The position numbers were made by a program, and so were the translations under genes. From NCBI GenBank assembly GCA_004294845.1, contig SHOH01000004.1, positions 1 to 54,284 on the forward strand: DNA of 54,284 nucleotides, read 5' to 3'. Below are positions 1 to 9,254 of this stretch, one piece after another (positions within the stretch are counted from its first letter, which is position 1; each line of letters opens with the position of its first letter). Source of the DNA: Anaerolineaceae bacterium (GTDB lineage Bacteria > Bacillota > Clostridia > Lachnospirales > Lachnospiraceae). The notes under the pieces were generated by a model, which worked only from the letters and a program-made list of their open reading frames with translations, ran no database searches and was not told the DNA's origin.

Positions 1-71
1 ATGAGTATATCGTCTACAACATATATTTTACCACGGTGTAATCTATAGATAAAGTTCAGAATCGAGTAGAA

Positions 72-121
72 GGCAAACCCAGGTCAGAGCAACAAAAAAT
101 GAAGTCTTACGACTTCATTTT
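72..121. repeat. Hairpin repeat unit (copy of 12298-12347)
   Basis: ggcaaacccaggtcagagcaacaaaaaatgaagtcttacgacttcatttt matches 12298-12347 with 5 mismatches in 50 nt; internal stem aaaatgaagtc-N4-gacttcatttt. Confidence 0.85.
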
Positions 122-126
122 ATTTG

Positions 127-167
127 ATGCTGGGCAAGCCCAGTTGTAAACAAATAAAAAATGACCA
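127..167. repeat. Hairpin repeat half-unit (copy of 2932-2971; first 18 nt identical to 12292-12309)
   Basis: atgctgggcaagcccagttgtaaacaaataaaaaatgacca vs gctgaggcaagcctagttgtagacaaagaaaaaatgacca; contains the palindrome ctgggc-aa-gcccag. Confidence 0.85.
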
Positions 168-252
168 GTAAAACTCTTTATCTATCATTTTTTATTTGGA
201 AAGCTCCTAAAGAGGATTTGTGATTCTTTTTTCAATAATCTTTCTGCGGACA

Positions 253-336
253 TTATTCTGATATGTCAATACTAAAGGTATCCTTCCATCCTGTTTCGTT
301 ATCATCAGGCTTTATCGGCTCACCAGAAAGATAGGC
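253..336 (-). pseudogene. Possible short fragment of a multicopper oxidase (CotA-like) gene
   Basis: Manual translation AYLSGEPIKPDDNETGWKDTF resembles the P..P..E.GWKDT segment of CotA/bilirubin-oxidase family proteins; only ~20 informative residues and no start codon. Confidence 0.35.
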
Positions 337-337
337 A

Positions 338-1759
338 TCATATGAGATGAATCAGAGAACTTTTAAGCGCCTTTATCCCCTCCACTATTTCATGTTCTGG
401 CATTCCTCCAAAGCCTAGCATTATCATATTATCTGAATAATTATTTTTATTCATCCAAAATGTTGAGGCTGCTGAAACTAAGATACTATTATTCTTTGCC
501 CTTTCAATTATTTCTTTTTCCTTTAGTCCATTATTAAACTCCAGTAAAATATGCAGTCCACCATTTTCACCGTGAATAATAACCTTGTCTTCCATAATTT
601 CATTAATGGTGTTAATTAATAAATAATGTTTTTTCATAGAGCTTTGGTGTATTTTTCGTAGATGTCTATCCCAGTAACCTAATTCCATAAAATTTCGAAG
701 GATATTTTGTTGGATATATGGTACCGTTATGCGATACCAATAGAATAGTTTTTCATATCTTTCTAATAAGGCTTGCGGTAATACCATATAACTCATACGT
801 AAACTGGGTGACATAGTTTTTGAAAATGTACCCAAATATATAACACATCCCTTAGAATCAATGCTTTGTAGTGAAGGAATTGGTCTAGAGTTATATCTGA
901 ATTCACTATCATAATCATCCTCTAAAATAATCCCATTATTTTTTATAGCCCATTCCAAAAGCTTTAGCCGCTTTTTAATTGGCATAACATAACCCATTGG
1001 AAATTGGTGGGAGGGTGTCACATATACCATTTTCGCAGAACTGCTGTTAAGCTCCTCTATATTTATACCATCATTTAACAAACTAATAGGAAGAACCTTA
1101 AGACCATTGTTAGTAAATATGTCTCTTGCAACCATATATCCAGGTTCTTCAAAAGCTATTTGATTATGATCTTCTCTTAACAATTGGCATAGAATGCTTA
1201 ATGAGTACTCCATACCTGGGGATATTATAATCTGCTCTGGATTACAAGAAACCCCTCTTGATTTATATAAATATTTCATAAGCTCTATCTGTAGATTGGC
1301 TTCACCAGTTTTTGCATTATATTTTGCAAAATCTTCGCTTCTTGCGGAAGATAGAAACTGATTTGATAGCTTTCTCCATATATGAAGAGGAAAATCATGG
1401 GCACTTAAGCTACGATCTCGAAAATTATACTTATACTTTAAGTCAGCTTCTTCCTTAAAATCTTTTTTAAAAGTATTATATTGGCCAGTATATTTTCTTT
1501 CCGGCTTAAAAAAGTCCATATATTCAAGTTCTAATGCAATAAATCCACTGCCAGGCTTGCTTTCAATATATCCTTCAGAAGTAAGCTGTTGATAAGCGGT
1601 TCCTATTGTATTTCTACTTACATTTAATATTGTAGAGAGCGTACGAATTGAAGGAAGCTTACTTCCCCCAGGGATTTCTTTGCTAATTATTTGATTTTTG
1701 ATTTGCTCATAAATTTGCATATATATAGGGGTTCCTAATTCATTATCTATAATAATCAT
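338..1759 (-). CDS. MocR/GabR (PdxR-like) family PLP-dependent transcriptional regulator
   Basis: N-terminal GntR wHTH (LPSIRTLS...VSRNTI..AY.QL..EGYI) plus aminotransferase-like domain (YVTPSHQFPMG, EDDYDSEFRY, GTFSK). ATG at 1759 follows AAAAGGTGA; the ORF track starts at GTG 1768. Confidence 0.93.
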   Translation of the reverse strand: MIIIDNELGTPIYMQIYEQIKNQIISKEIPGGSKLPSIRTLSTILNVSRNTIGTAYQQLTSEGYIESKPGSGFIALELEYMDFFKPERKYTGQYNTFKKDFKEEADLKYKYNFRDRSLSAHDFPLHIWRKLSNQFLSSARSEDFAKYNAKTGEANLQIELMKYLYKSRGVSCNPEQIIISPGMEYSLSILCQLLREDHNQIAFEEPGYMVARDIFTNNGLKVLPISLLNDGINIEELNSSSAKMVYVTPSHQFPMGYVMPIKKRLKLLEWAIKNNGIILEDDYDSEFRYNSRPIPSLQSIDSKGCVIYLGTFSKTMSPSLRMSYMVLPQALLERYEKLFYWYRITVPYIQQNILRNFMELGYWDRHLRKIHQSSMKKHYLLINTINEIMEDKVIIHGENGGLHILLEFNNGLKEKEIIERAKNNSILVSAASTFWMNKNNYSDNMIMLGFGGMPEHEIVEGIKALKSSLIHLI

Positions 1760-1774
1760 ATTTATCACCTTTTC

Positions 1775-1837
1775 AAACTGTACCCATAAAAGTAATTGAA
1801 ACTGATACTTTAAGTAGTTTCGATTAGATTATATAAT
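1775..1837. promoter_or_regulatory. Putative MocR-family operator and + strand promoter
   Basis: Direct repeats AAACTG at 1775-1780 and 1799-1804, an inverted-like TAGTTT at 1815-1820, then TATAAT at 1832-1837. Two direct plus one inverted motif is the arrangement described for GabR/PdxR sites. Confidence 0.5.
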
Positions 1838-1899
1838 TGGGTAGCTCATATGTCAATTCATATGAATATAAACGATTTACAGAAAGAAGGAGAATAAAA

Positions 1900-2439
1900 A
1901 TGAAGAAAAAACTAATATTATTAACGGCATTAACTTTAGCTGTAACTTCCATCATGATTGGATGCTCAAATAATGATTCAAAATCTACGGAGATAGATGT
2001 TGTATCATCAGCTTCACAAGCTCCCGATGAAAAAACATTCGAGGAGAAGATATCAAAGGATGGTAACTTTATCATTATTACTTCTAAGGACTTAACCTTT
2101 GATAAGGATTTGACTGTTGATGGAACATTTACAAAGAAAGATAGTGATGGTAATGAAGTTGCTACCCGTTCTCTTGCATTAGCGGAATATGGTGAGAACA
2201 ACTCAGTTATAAGATATACCCTTACCGTGCCAAGAATTGTTATTAACAGCGAAAACACTCTTCTTGAATATGGAATAATTAAGGGAGATGTATATGTTCA
2301 AGCTCCAGGCTTCAAAACTAAAGATGCAACAATCGATGGAAACCTATACTTTGCTAATCAGGAATTAAAGGATGCTTTCAGTGCTGATGAATTGACAAAG
2401 GTTACTGGAGAGATTGAAGTAAAAGAATATACAAAATAG
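1900..2439 (+). CDS. Uncharacterised lipoprotein with possible Ser/Thr flavinylation-like motif (DVVSSAS)
   Basis: RBS AAGGAG before ATG 1900; signal peptide with lipobox MIG-C; beta-rich C-terminal half (IKGDVYV...IDGNLYF). Confidence 0.8.
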   Translation: MKKKLILLTALTLAVTSIMIGCSNNDSKSTEIDVVSSASQAPDEKTFEEKISKDGNFIIITSKDLTFDKDLTVDGTFTKKDSDGNEVATRSLALAEYGENNSVIRYTLTVPRIVINSENTLLEYGIIKGDVYVQAPGFKTKDATIDGNLYFANQELKDAFSADELTKVTGEIEVKEYTK

Positions 2440-2470
2440 TTTTAAACTAATGAGGTTAAGGAGGAAGCTT

Positions 2471-2848
2471 ATGATTAATGAAAAATTAGCAGAAGTATTA
2501 TCTCACCCTTCAGACGGCGTGGTTGCTATTGTTACCCTTGGTAAAGAAGAGCCGCATGTCATTAATACCTGGAATAGCTATATACATGCAACTACTGATG
2601 GTAAGCTTTTGATACCAGCTGGCTTCATGCATAGAACTGAAAATAATATTAAAGAGAATAACAAGGTTTGGTTAACTATTGGAAGTAGAGAAGTCCAAGG
2701 TAAAATGTATAAAGGAACAGGATTCTCTATTAAAGGTACTGCTAGGTTTCTTACAAATGGTACAGAGTTTGAAACAATGAAAGAAAAATATAATTGGATA
2801 AGAGCTGTCTTAGAAGTTACTATTGAAAAAGCTGTACAGACATTATAA
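2471..2848 (+). CDS. FMN-binding split-barrel protein (pyridoxamine 5'-phosphate oxidase-like)
   Basis: GVVAIVT, PHVINTWNSY, TENNI, GSREV.G...GTGF and C-terminal QTL closely recall the Desulfovibrio FMN-binding protein; RBS GGAGG before ATG 2471. Confidence 0.88.
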   Translation: MINEKLAEVLSHPSDGVVAIVTLGKEEPHVINTWNSYIHATTDGKLLIPAGFMHRTENNIKENNKVWLTIGSREVQGKMYKGTGFSIKGTARFLTNGTEFETMKEKYNWIRAVLEVTIEKAVQTL

Positions 2849-2895
2849 ATCTGATCTGGAGTGTAGAGTTTTAAAGAGATTAAGATATCAAAAAA

Positions 2896-2921
2896 CCTCT
2901 GTAAACATTATGTTTACAGGG
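2896..2921. terminator. Inverted repeat after the FMN-binding gene (terminator or element-end IR)
   Basis: ctgtaaaca-tta-tgtttacag perfect 9-bp stem. Confidence 0.55.
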
Positions 2922-2931
2922 TTACGATAAA

Positions 2932-3002
2932 GCTGAGGCAAGCCTAGTTGTAGACAAAGAAAAAATGACCATTGTGGATGGTCATTTTTCTTTACAACTG
3001 GG
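2932..3002. repeat. Full hairpin repeat unit adjoining the duplicated tRNA 3' end
   Basis: Outer stem agttgta/tacaact, inner stem aaaaatgaccat-N5-atggtcattttt; same architecture as 12303-12362. Confidence 0.8.
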
Positions 3003-3022
3003 TTACAAGGATTCAACCTTGA
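2998..3022 (-). repeat. Duplicated 3' end of tRNA-Gln (att-like direct repeat)
   Basis: ctgggttacaaggattcaaccttga vs ctgggctacaaggattcgaaccttga at 12357-12382 (1 substitution, 1 deletion). Confidence 0.88.
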
Positions 3023-3046
3023 AAATAAAAAGATACTTGGAATATT

Positions 3047-4891
3047 CTATGGCTGAATAAGGGGAATTTCGGTCATTCTTAGATTGGTTGCACCATAAGG
3101 CTGTAAAACAAGCTTTTGTGGTGGTCCCATAGGCTCTAAAGATTTTGGTAAAACCGTGCAAATACCGCCAGGCGCCTCCCAAGGGATTTGATAACTCTTT
3201 GTGGTTAGGGTTATTGCAGGAGCTTCAATATTAAAGGGAACATCTCCCACATTATGGAACTCAACATCAAACTCCTTACTGCCAAAGGCGAAATTCCATT
3301 GCTTGGTAGGAACCATTTCATAGTCACAATAAGGGGCCTTACGCTCCACACCGTTTCTAATATATTCAACCGGTTTAACAGACGCTTCAATTGAAACCGA
3401 ATATAGTAGTGGACCGCGGTTTACAACATACATTCCGCTTGGTCGTTTGTCTAAGGTAATCTCATAGTTAAGCACTACCTCAAAGGTTTTACTGCCGTCA
3501 AAAACTTGGTTAACGGTATAGTAATCCCCCACGTCAACGGCTTCGCCATTTACTCTAGCTTCCTTTGCAAATCCGGGAATGCGAATGGTAAGCTCAAAAT
3601 CCACAGCTTTCTCTGTGTCTACTACCACCTTGTAGCTATCTCTAAAAGGATAATCGGTTTCAATGGTTATTGTTACCGGCACGCCATTAACAATAACATT
3701 TGCCTTAGAAGGTGCAATTGCCGTAACGGCAAGACCATTTTCAGTTTTCATAATTGTGGAAAGTGCAAACTTAGGCCATGCTTGACTAAAGTTTGCGGTA
3801 CAACAGCCAAAATGAGGCTCAAGACCGAAATAATGTGCCTCCCCAGAATTGTGACTGAAGGGATTACTCTCGTCGTCTAAGAAGGTGATTTGCATTTGGT
3901 TGGTCATTTGGTCGTATTGATGTGCCCACATATCAGGAGTAATGGTTGCGGGAAATGCGTTGTAGGCCAGCCGCTCGAGGAGATCAGCCCAGTGGTTTTC
4001 TCCGGTTATGGATACTAGCCATTCGTAGGAATACATGGCTTCCACAACCCCACAGCATTCACTGCCTTGAATTGGCATATCACCAGCCAGGCATTCATCT
4101 CCGGTAAAATGCCCAGTGGGCATACTGTGATATTTCATTAGCTTATTATAAAACTTTTCAGCAAACTCGGAAGGGTTTTCTTTTGATAATCTTGACATCA
4201 TCGCTCTGGATTTTAGTGCCATTGCCACATTTACCACATGGTTTAAATATGACCAGTAACGTTTTTCCTCAGGCTTTTGGAAATCCAATTTCTCATAGAG
4301 AGTTTCAAAATCAATGCCTTCCGCTTCTAAAATAACCGCAAGCTCCAGCATCCAATCTTCCGGTCTGCGTTCATAAAGCCAAAACAGGGGAATAAGACAT
4401 TCATACCATCTTGCGGCAGCCCAGTTAAAGGGGGTGTTTCGCTCCATATGCTTCTTCATCTGCTTTAGAGCTTTGTAAATGGCTTCCTCCACTCGACCGT
4501 CCCCGGTACAGTCATAATAAACCACTAACACCTTGCAGATTAAAAAGGTTGCCCAAATGTCATAATGTGCCCGTTTCTCAGGAGCACAGGGGCAAATCCA
4601 GCCATCCTCCTCTTGGGAGCTGAGAATGCTGTCAATATAATATTTAGCTCGCCTTTTCATATCCTCGTCATCAAGAAGATATGCAAGAGGGATGAAGCCG
4701 TCCAGCCAATAGGGAAGTCTTTCCCAGCCCTCTTTTTCTCCGCCAATCCAACGGCTTTCTTTTATATCCGGCCAAACCTTGTCAAGATTGCCAGAAAGCC
4801 CTCTTCCTTGTATTTCAAGCTGTCTTTTCATCCAGCCATAGGGTTTAATTTCCTTTGTTGTTAGAGGTGTAAATTTAAGTTTTTGTAGCAT
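3047..4891 (-). CDS. Glycoside hydrolase family 127/146 (beta-L-arabinofuranosidase-like)
   Basis: GWERLPYWLDG, H.VN, GDE, ECCGVVE, LERLAYNA, FGCCTAN (Zn/Cys catalytic motifs), T.YPF, RGPLLY and L.PYG; no signal peptide. Confidence 0.9.
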   Translation of the reverse strand: MLQKLKFTPLTTKEIKPYGWMKRQLEIQGRGLSGNLDKVWPDIKESRWIGGEKEGWERLPYWLDGFIPLAYLLDDEDMKRRAKYYIDSILSSQEEDGWICPCAPEKRAHYDIWATFLICKVLVVYYDCTGDGRVEEAIYKALKQMKKHMERNTPFNWAAARWYECLIPLFWLYERRPEDWMLELAVILEAEGIDFETLYEKLDFQKPEEKRYWSYLNHVVNVAMALKSRAMMSRLSKENPSEFAEKFYNKLMKYHSMPTGHFTGDECLAGDMPIQGSECCGVVEAMYSYEWLVSITGENHWADLLERLAYNAFPATITPDMWAHQYDQMTNQMQITFLDDESNPFSHNSGEAHYFGLEPHFGCCTANFSQAWPKFALSTIMKTENGLAVTAIAPSKANVIVNGVPVTITIETDYPFRDSYKVVVDTEKAVDFELTIRIPGFAKEARVNGEAVDVGDYYTVNQVFDGSKTFEVVLNYEITLDKRPSGMYVVNRGPLLYSVSIEASVKPVEYIRNGVERKAPYCDYEMVPTKQWNFAFGSKEFDVEFHNVGDVPFNIEAPAITLTTKSYQIPWEAPGGICTVLPKSLEPMGPPQKLVLQPYGATNLRMTEIPLIQP

Positions 4892-4917
4892 GTTACTGCC
4901 TCCTATAGATTAAAATA

Positions 4918-5658
4918 TTATGGCATTGTTTTTGCGTTTCTGCGGGCATATTGCGTTGCCGACATGCCGGTATATTTTTTAAATACACGGCAAAAATATT
5001 GCACATCCGTATAGCCTGACATAAAGGCTACCTCATAAATCTTATGATTTGTACTTTTAAGAAGTTTTTTCGCTTCGGATATTCTCCTTGTACCAAGAGC
5101 GGCAGAAAAACTTTGGCCATACTCTTTTTTAAAAACATTCCCTGCATATTCAGGCGTGATTTTAAGCTCATGTGCCAGGTCCTCAAGATACAGGTTTTTG
5201 TTAAAGTTCTTTTCTATGCTTTTACAAATATAATTGGTAATATCGCTATATTCGGAACTATCCTCGTTTTCAGTGTTTTCCGTTTTTCTATTAATCTGAG
5301 ATTCAATGTTTTTAAGAGCTTTTAAAAGTTGTTCTACGGTTATAGGCTTTAATAAATAATCAGTTACCGGCAGGCGTACGGCACGCTTTGCCAGCTCAAA
5401 ATCTGCATAACCACTTATAACTAAAAAATGTATGTTTTCAGCGCTGGGTCCAAGCTGTTCAATCATATCAAGACCCTCTATGCGTGGCATAACAATATCG
5501 GTTATTACCACATCTGGGCGAAGGGTTTTAATCAACATCATTCCATCTAAACCATTGTCCGCTTCACCAATAACATCAAAGCTATTATCAAGCTGTTTTA
5601 TTAAACCAATAAGGCTCTTTCTGGTGTTCTTTTCGTCCTCGATTACAATTATTCGCAT
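4918..5658 (-). CDS. Response regulator, REC plus AraC HTH (YesN-like)
   Basis: IEDE, TDIVMP..GL, SGY, DYLLKP; C-terminal GYTD.QYFCRVFKKYTG.S. Confidence 0.95.
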   Translation of the reverse strand: MRIIVIEDEKNTRKSLIGLIKQLDNSFDVIGEADNGLDGMMLIKTLRPDVVITDIVMPRIEGLDMIEQLGPSAENIHFLVISGYADFELAKRAVRLPVTDYLLKPITVEQLLKALKNIESQINRKTENTENEDSSEYSDITNYICKSIEKNFNKNLYLEDLAHELKITPEYAGNVFKKEYGQSFSAALGTRRISEAKKLLKSTNHKIYEVAFMSGYTDVQYFCRVFKKYTGMSATQYARRNAKTMP

Positions 5659-5715
5659 AATAATCTTCCTTTATTTAAAGTAGCTCTTCCAATTATCTTA
5701 TAATGATATAGGTTA

Positions 5716-7497
5716 TTATGGATTACGGCGTAGAGGGATTGTAACAAAAAACTCTGTGCCTTCGTTTTCCTTACTGCTCAGGCTAATACTGCTTTTTTCG
5801 CCATAACAATACCATATTCTGCTTGCCACATTTCCCACACCAATGCTGTCCTTGTTTTGTGCACCATGGTTTTCTAAAATCTGCTCTACCTCTTTAAGAG
5901 TTTCCTTGTTCATACCCTTACCATTGTCACTAAGCACTATGTAAAGGGTTTCTTCGTCAATAAGCTTGGCGATTATGGAAATTACCGGGTTTTCCACCCC
6001 CATGCTGAACCCATGAACAATACTGTTTTCAATAATGGGCTGTAATAGCATTTTATATATAGGAAAATCAAGTGCTTCCGGCGAAACATTACGGTTTAAT
6101 TTTATGGGATTTCCGAAACGTTCTCCCTGAACATGTAAATATTTCTCCATCCATTCCAACTCCACACTAAGAGGCACAAGAGTGTTTATATTGCTTATGC
6201 TATACCGCATTAAACTTGCCAGTTCACTTAGCATGGTACTAATTTTATACTGTTTGTTATTAATTGCTTCCCAGTTTATTCTATCCAGTGCATTGTAAAT
6301 AAAATGGGGGTTGATTTGGGCTTGCAATGCTTTTATCTCAGAATTTCTCTGCTGATCCTTAACCATAATAATATGCTCGTTTTTTTCATGTAATGTAAGA
6401 AGCAGAGTTTCAATTTCAGATGACATAAGATTAAACTGGTCTGCAACAACTGATAATACCTCATCACGGTAATCCAGTTCAATATTAGCCTTTTCCTTGT
6501 TTGTCCTAAACTCCGATATAGCGGTTGCGATCTTTTGTGCATTGGTTTTGGAGCGGTTAATAGTAAAGTAAATAACCACGGTAAAACCAAGCACCAGTAA
6601 AATATTAATCATTATCATCAGCATGCTAAACTCTTTGAGATTCGACCAAAAAACCTGTTTGTCAAACACAAGGTTAAGCATAAAATCTGTATTTTTAATT
6701 TTGATTTGCTTTATAATCAGATTTTCTGAATAGGAATATTCAATAATGTTTTTGCCAATATCATTGGGATTGGTGGTTGATATAATCGTCCCTTCTGTAT
6801 CGGAAATACTGCTTATGGGCATAATAAAGGAGTTAAGTGCAGTGTTTGAGCTGGTTAGGTTTGAAAGCAAATCAAGATTCGACATGTCAACCTCTAATAA
6901 AATAGTGCCAAACCTTTCCTTGGAGGCCATATCTATTGCAGGATACATGAGCACCAGATGGTAATTATGCTCGTCATCCTTTTTAATGGTAATGTTAATG
7001 CTACTGTGGTCCTTGCCTTCATAATCAGTCATTATGCCGGTATATTCGTCCCATAAATGCCTATCCTCAGTGGAGTGATTATTCTGTTTTCTAAAGTAGC
7101 AAATTTTATCATGAGCACTGCTAATAAACACAACCGTACATACATTAGAATTTGTTTGAGCATATTCCGAAAACTTTTGTAGTATGGTGTTTTTAGTAAT
7201 CACCTCGGCACGAGCATCATCGATTCCGCTTTCCAAGCCGGAAAACAGAGTTTTCAGGTTTTTATCAATTACAATTTCAGCGATTAGTTTTTTGTACCCT
7301 ACAAATTCCCTTGACAATTCTTCTTGCATTTTCACAGTGGCATAATCCAGCAGTACCTTTTGAATACCCTTTGTTTCTTTACTGAGAAAAATATAGGACA
7401 AAAAACTTATCAAAACAGTTTGAATAACAATTATGCTTATACATAAAAGCAGTAGTTTTGATTTAGTACTTATTCCTCTAGCGTTCAACTTTTTCAC
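5716..7497 (-). CDS. Sensor histidine kinase (YesM/LytS-type)
   Basis: Two TM helices, LQAQINPHFIYNAL, LLQPIIENSI.HG, DNGKG, G.G..NV. Start probably GTG 7497 or TTG 7488 rather than 7626. Confidence 0.92.
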   Translation of the reverse strand: MKKLNARGISTKSKLLLLCISIIVIQTVLISFLSYIFLSKETKGIQKVLLDYATVKMQEELSREFVGYKKLIAEIVIDKNLKTLFSGLESGIDDARAEVITKNTILQKFSEYAQTNSNVCTVVFISSAHDKICYFRKQNNHSTEDRHLWDEYTGIMTDYEGKDHSSINITIKKDDEHNYHLVLMYPAIDMASKERFGTILLEVDMSNLDLLSNLTSSNTALNSFIMPISSISDTEGTIISTTNPNDIGKNIIEYSYSENLIIKQIKIKNTDFMLNLVFDKQVFWSNLKEFSMLMIMINILLVLGFTVVIYFTINRSKTNAQKIATAISEFRTNKEKANIELDYRDEVLSVVADQFNLMSSEIETLLLTLHEKNEHIIMVKDQQRNSEIKALQAQINPHFIYNALDRINWEAINNKQYKISTMLSELASLMRYSISNINTLVPLSVELEWMEKYLHVQGERFGNPIKLNRNVSPEALDFPIYKMLLQPIIENSIVHGFSMGVENPVISIIAKLIDEETLYIVLSDNGKGMNKETLKEVEQILENHGAQNKDSIGVGNVASRIWYCYGEKSSISLSSKENEGTEFFVTIPLRRNP

Positions 7498-7630
7498 CCC
7501 AAACCAGGCAAATATTAGTGTAGTTATATATTCCGTTTGCTTATAACTAGTGTGATTATAATAAGAAAAAGAAGCACTGTCAAACAATAAGCCTTGGACT
7601 GCAAGGCTCTTAATTAGGATTATCAAATAA

Positions 7631-7657
7631 CTTTGCTATGATAAATCTATAGCAAAG
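7631..7657 (-). terminator. Probable intrinsic terminator downstream of the SBP gene
   Basis: ctttgctat/atagcaaag 9-bp stem followed by TTATTT on the minus strand; a second hairpin lies at 7690-7712. Confidence 0.55.
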
Positions 7658-7734
7658 ATATTTGATAAAATCCCTTATTTCATATTGGCACTCCACCGCT
7701 TTTTAGTGGAGTTCACTTGTTTTTAACCGCTTTA

Positions 7735-9060
7735 CTAACCGATTATAGCCGCTATCTTTTCCGCAGCGTTCTTGGCGGATTCCTTGGTTGTTTTAGTTCC
7801 GGTTAATATTTCTTGAATGCATTCCTGTAGGATTCCAGAAATTTCTGGCCATTTTGGATGTGGACCACGTGCAACTGCATATTGTGCCTGGTCAATAAAT
7901 GCGCTCATAACTTCATTATCTGGATATTGCATTTCTTTTGTAATTGCCATATTGGGAGAAATTGTTCCGCAAAGTGTGTTGTATTCCAAGCTGCTATCAA
8001 GGCTTTCCATCCAGCTCATGAAATCCCACACTGCATCCTCATTACCTTCAGATGCAATGGTCATTCCAATATTTTCTCCCCCTAGTGTGGAGGCATATTC
8101 CTTGTTCATTGGAATTTTAATAATGGAATAATTAAGGTCTGGTGCATCGTTTTTAATGTTTGGTAACTGCCATGAACCGTTAATCATCATTGCACTGTTG
8201 CCAGCTGCAAATTGTTTTTCAACGTCGTTTTGGCTCCAGTTAATAACTTCCATGCTTATATAGCCGTTGTCGGATAAGGTTTTTACAAAGTCTAGTGCTT
8301 CAATGGCTTCCGGGCTATCCATTGTATCCCAACTCGCTCCTGCGGAAAATAAAAACGGTAGGAATTGGAAAACAATATCTTCTGTTTTAACAGCACTTAA
8401 AGCTAAAGGATAAACATTAGGATTCTTTTCTTTAAGGGTTTTGCAAACTTCCAACAATTCATCCCAGGTTACAGGCATTTCGGTAATTCCTGCTTCTGTC
8501 ATCATGTCGTTGTTTACCCAAAGAGCAAGACAGTTACTGCGAATGGGAACAGAGTATTGTTTACCATTGTAATTACCTGAGTTAAGCGCATGTGGCAAGA
8601 AATCAGGATGTTCAAGTGCATTTACTCTGTCGGTAATATCAACATACATCCCCATAGCCGCAAAAGATAGTGTATCGGCGTTGTCAGTTAATGCTACTTC
8701 CGGTAAATCTCCGGAGATAACCCCTAGTGCATACCTTTTAAGAAGCTCGTTTTTAGGTAGATACTGTAGTGTTACAGTTGCTTTTCTGTCAGGAAGCTTG
8801 TTGTACTTGTTAATCATAGATTCAAGGTTTTCAGCGGTACCGCCTGAATGGTGATGCCAAAATTGAATGTCTACTTTTTCTCCGCTAGGGCTTTCTGTGG
8901 TGGTGCTATCTGTGGTGGTGCTATCTGTGGTGGTGCTTTCTTCTACCGTTTCATTTGGTACTGTAGCTGTTTTACCGGACTTATCTGTTCCGGAGGCACA
9001 AGCACCCAGCATGCCTACTAACAAGGTAAGTCCCAGAATAAGTGATACTACTTTTTTCAT
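7735..9060 (-). CDS. Carbohydrate ABC transporter substrate-binding lipoprotein
   Basis: Lipobox LGA-C, Thr-rich linker, family 1 SBP motifs (GKQYSVP, P.TWDEL, F.AG.SAMMINGSW, LGG). Confidence 0.93.
   Translation of the reverse strand: MKKVVSLILGLTLLVGMLGACASGTDKSGKTATVPNETVEESTTTDSTTTDSTTTESPSGEKVDIQFWHHHSGGTAENLESMINKYNKLPDRKATVTLQYLPKNELLKRYALGVISGDLPEVALTDNADTLSFAAMGMYVDITDRVNALEHPDFLPHALNSGNYNGKQYSVPIRSNCLALWVNNDMMTEAGITEMPVTWDELLEVCKTLKEKNPNVYPLALSAVKTEDIVFQFLPFLFSAGASWDTMDSPEAIEALDFVKTLSDNGYISMEVINWSQNDVEKQFAAGNSAMMINGSWQLPNIKNDAPDLNYSIIKIPMNKEYASTLGGENIGMTIASEGNEDAVWDFMSWMESLDSSLEYNTLCGTISPNMAITKEMQYPDNEVMSAFIDQAQYAVARGPHPKWPEISGILQECIQEILTGTKTTKESAKNAAEKIAAIIG
8894..8938. repeat. 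15-bp tandem repeat x3 encoding the STTT(D/E) linker
   Basis: tctgtggtggtgcta x2 followed by tctgtggtggtgctt. Confidence 0.9.
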
Positions 9061-9081
9061 GATTTTCCTCCTAAGTTTATA

Positions 9082-9254
9082 TTATTTTTTATAGCAACAT
9101 AGTTCTTTAACTATCTCTTTTAAATCATCATCGTTTCCAACATTTCCTGGGAAAACAATGTAGGGCAATTCTTTAAACTTCCTTGCAGTCACAACCCTGA
9201 ATACCGGAATGCCCAGGCGGATTTGTCCAAGCACCAATGCTCAGATTTTTTCAT
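9082..9254 (-). pseudogene. Internally deleted DUF1537 four-carbon acid-sugar kinase gene
   Basis: 9240..9082 translates ALVLGQIRLGIPVFRVVTARKFKELPYIVFPGNVGNDDDLKEIVKELCCYKK*, the typical DUF1537 C-terminus. An ATG with RBS (9254) overlaps the pdxA stop but is out of frame with it. Confidence 0.8.

Noticed and set aside
1824-2258. 144-aa minus-strand ORF and the many other antisense or nested ORFs in the track (e.g. 10442-11089, 13111-13704, 18358-18939, 39505-39987)
   Set aside because: They shadow well-supported genes on the opposite strand or in another frame, with no recognisable motifs or RBS.
2998-3022. A second tRNA gene
   Set aside because: Only the T arm and 3' acceptor strand are present, with a deletion in the T loop; the D and anticodon arms are missing.
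7498-7626. N-terminal extension of the histidine kinase in the ORF track
   Set aside because: It lacks an RBS and runs through the likely promoter region; a start at 7497 or 7488 gives a normal N-terminal TM position.
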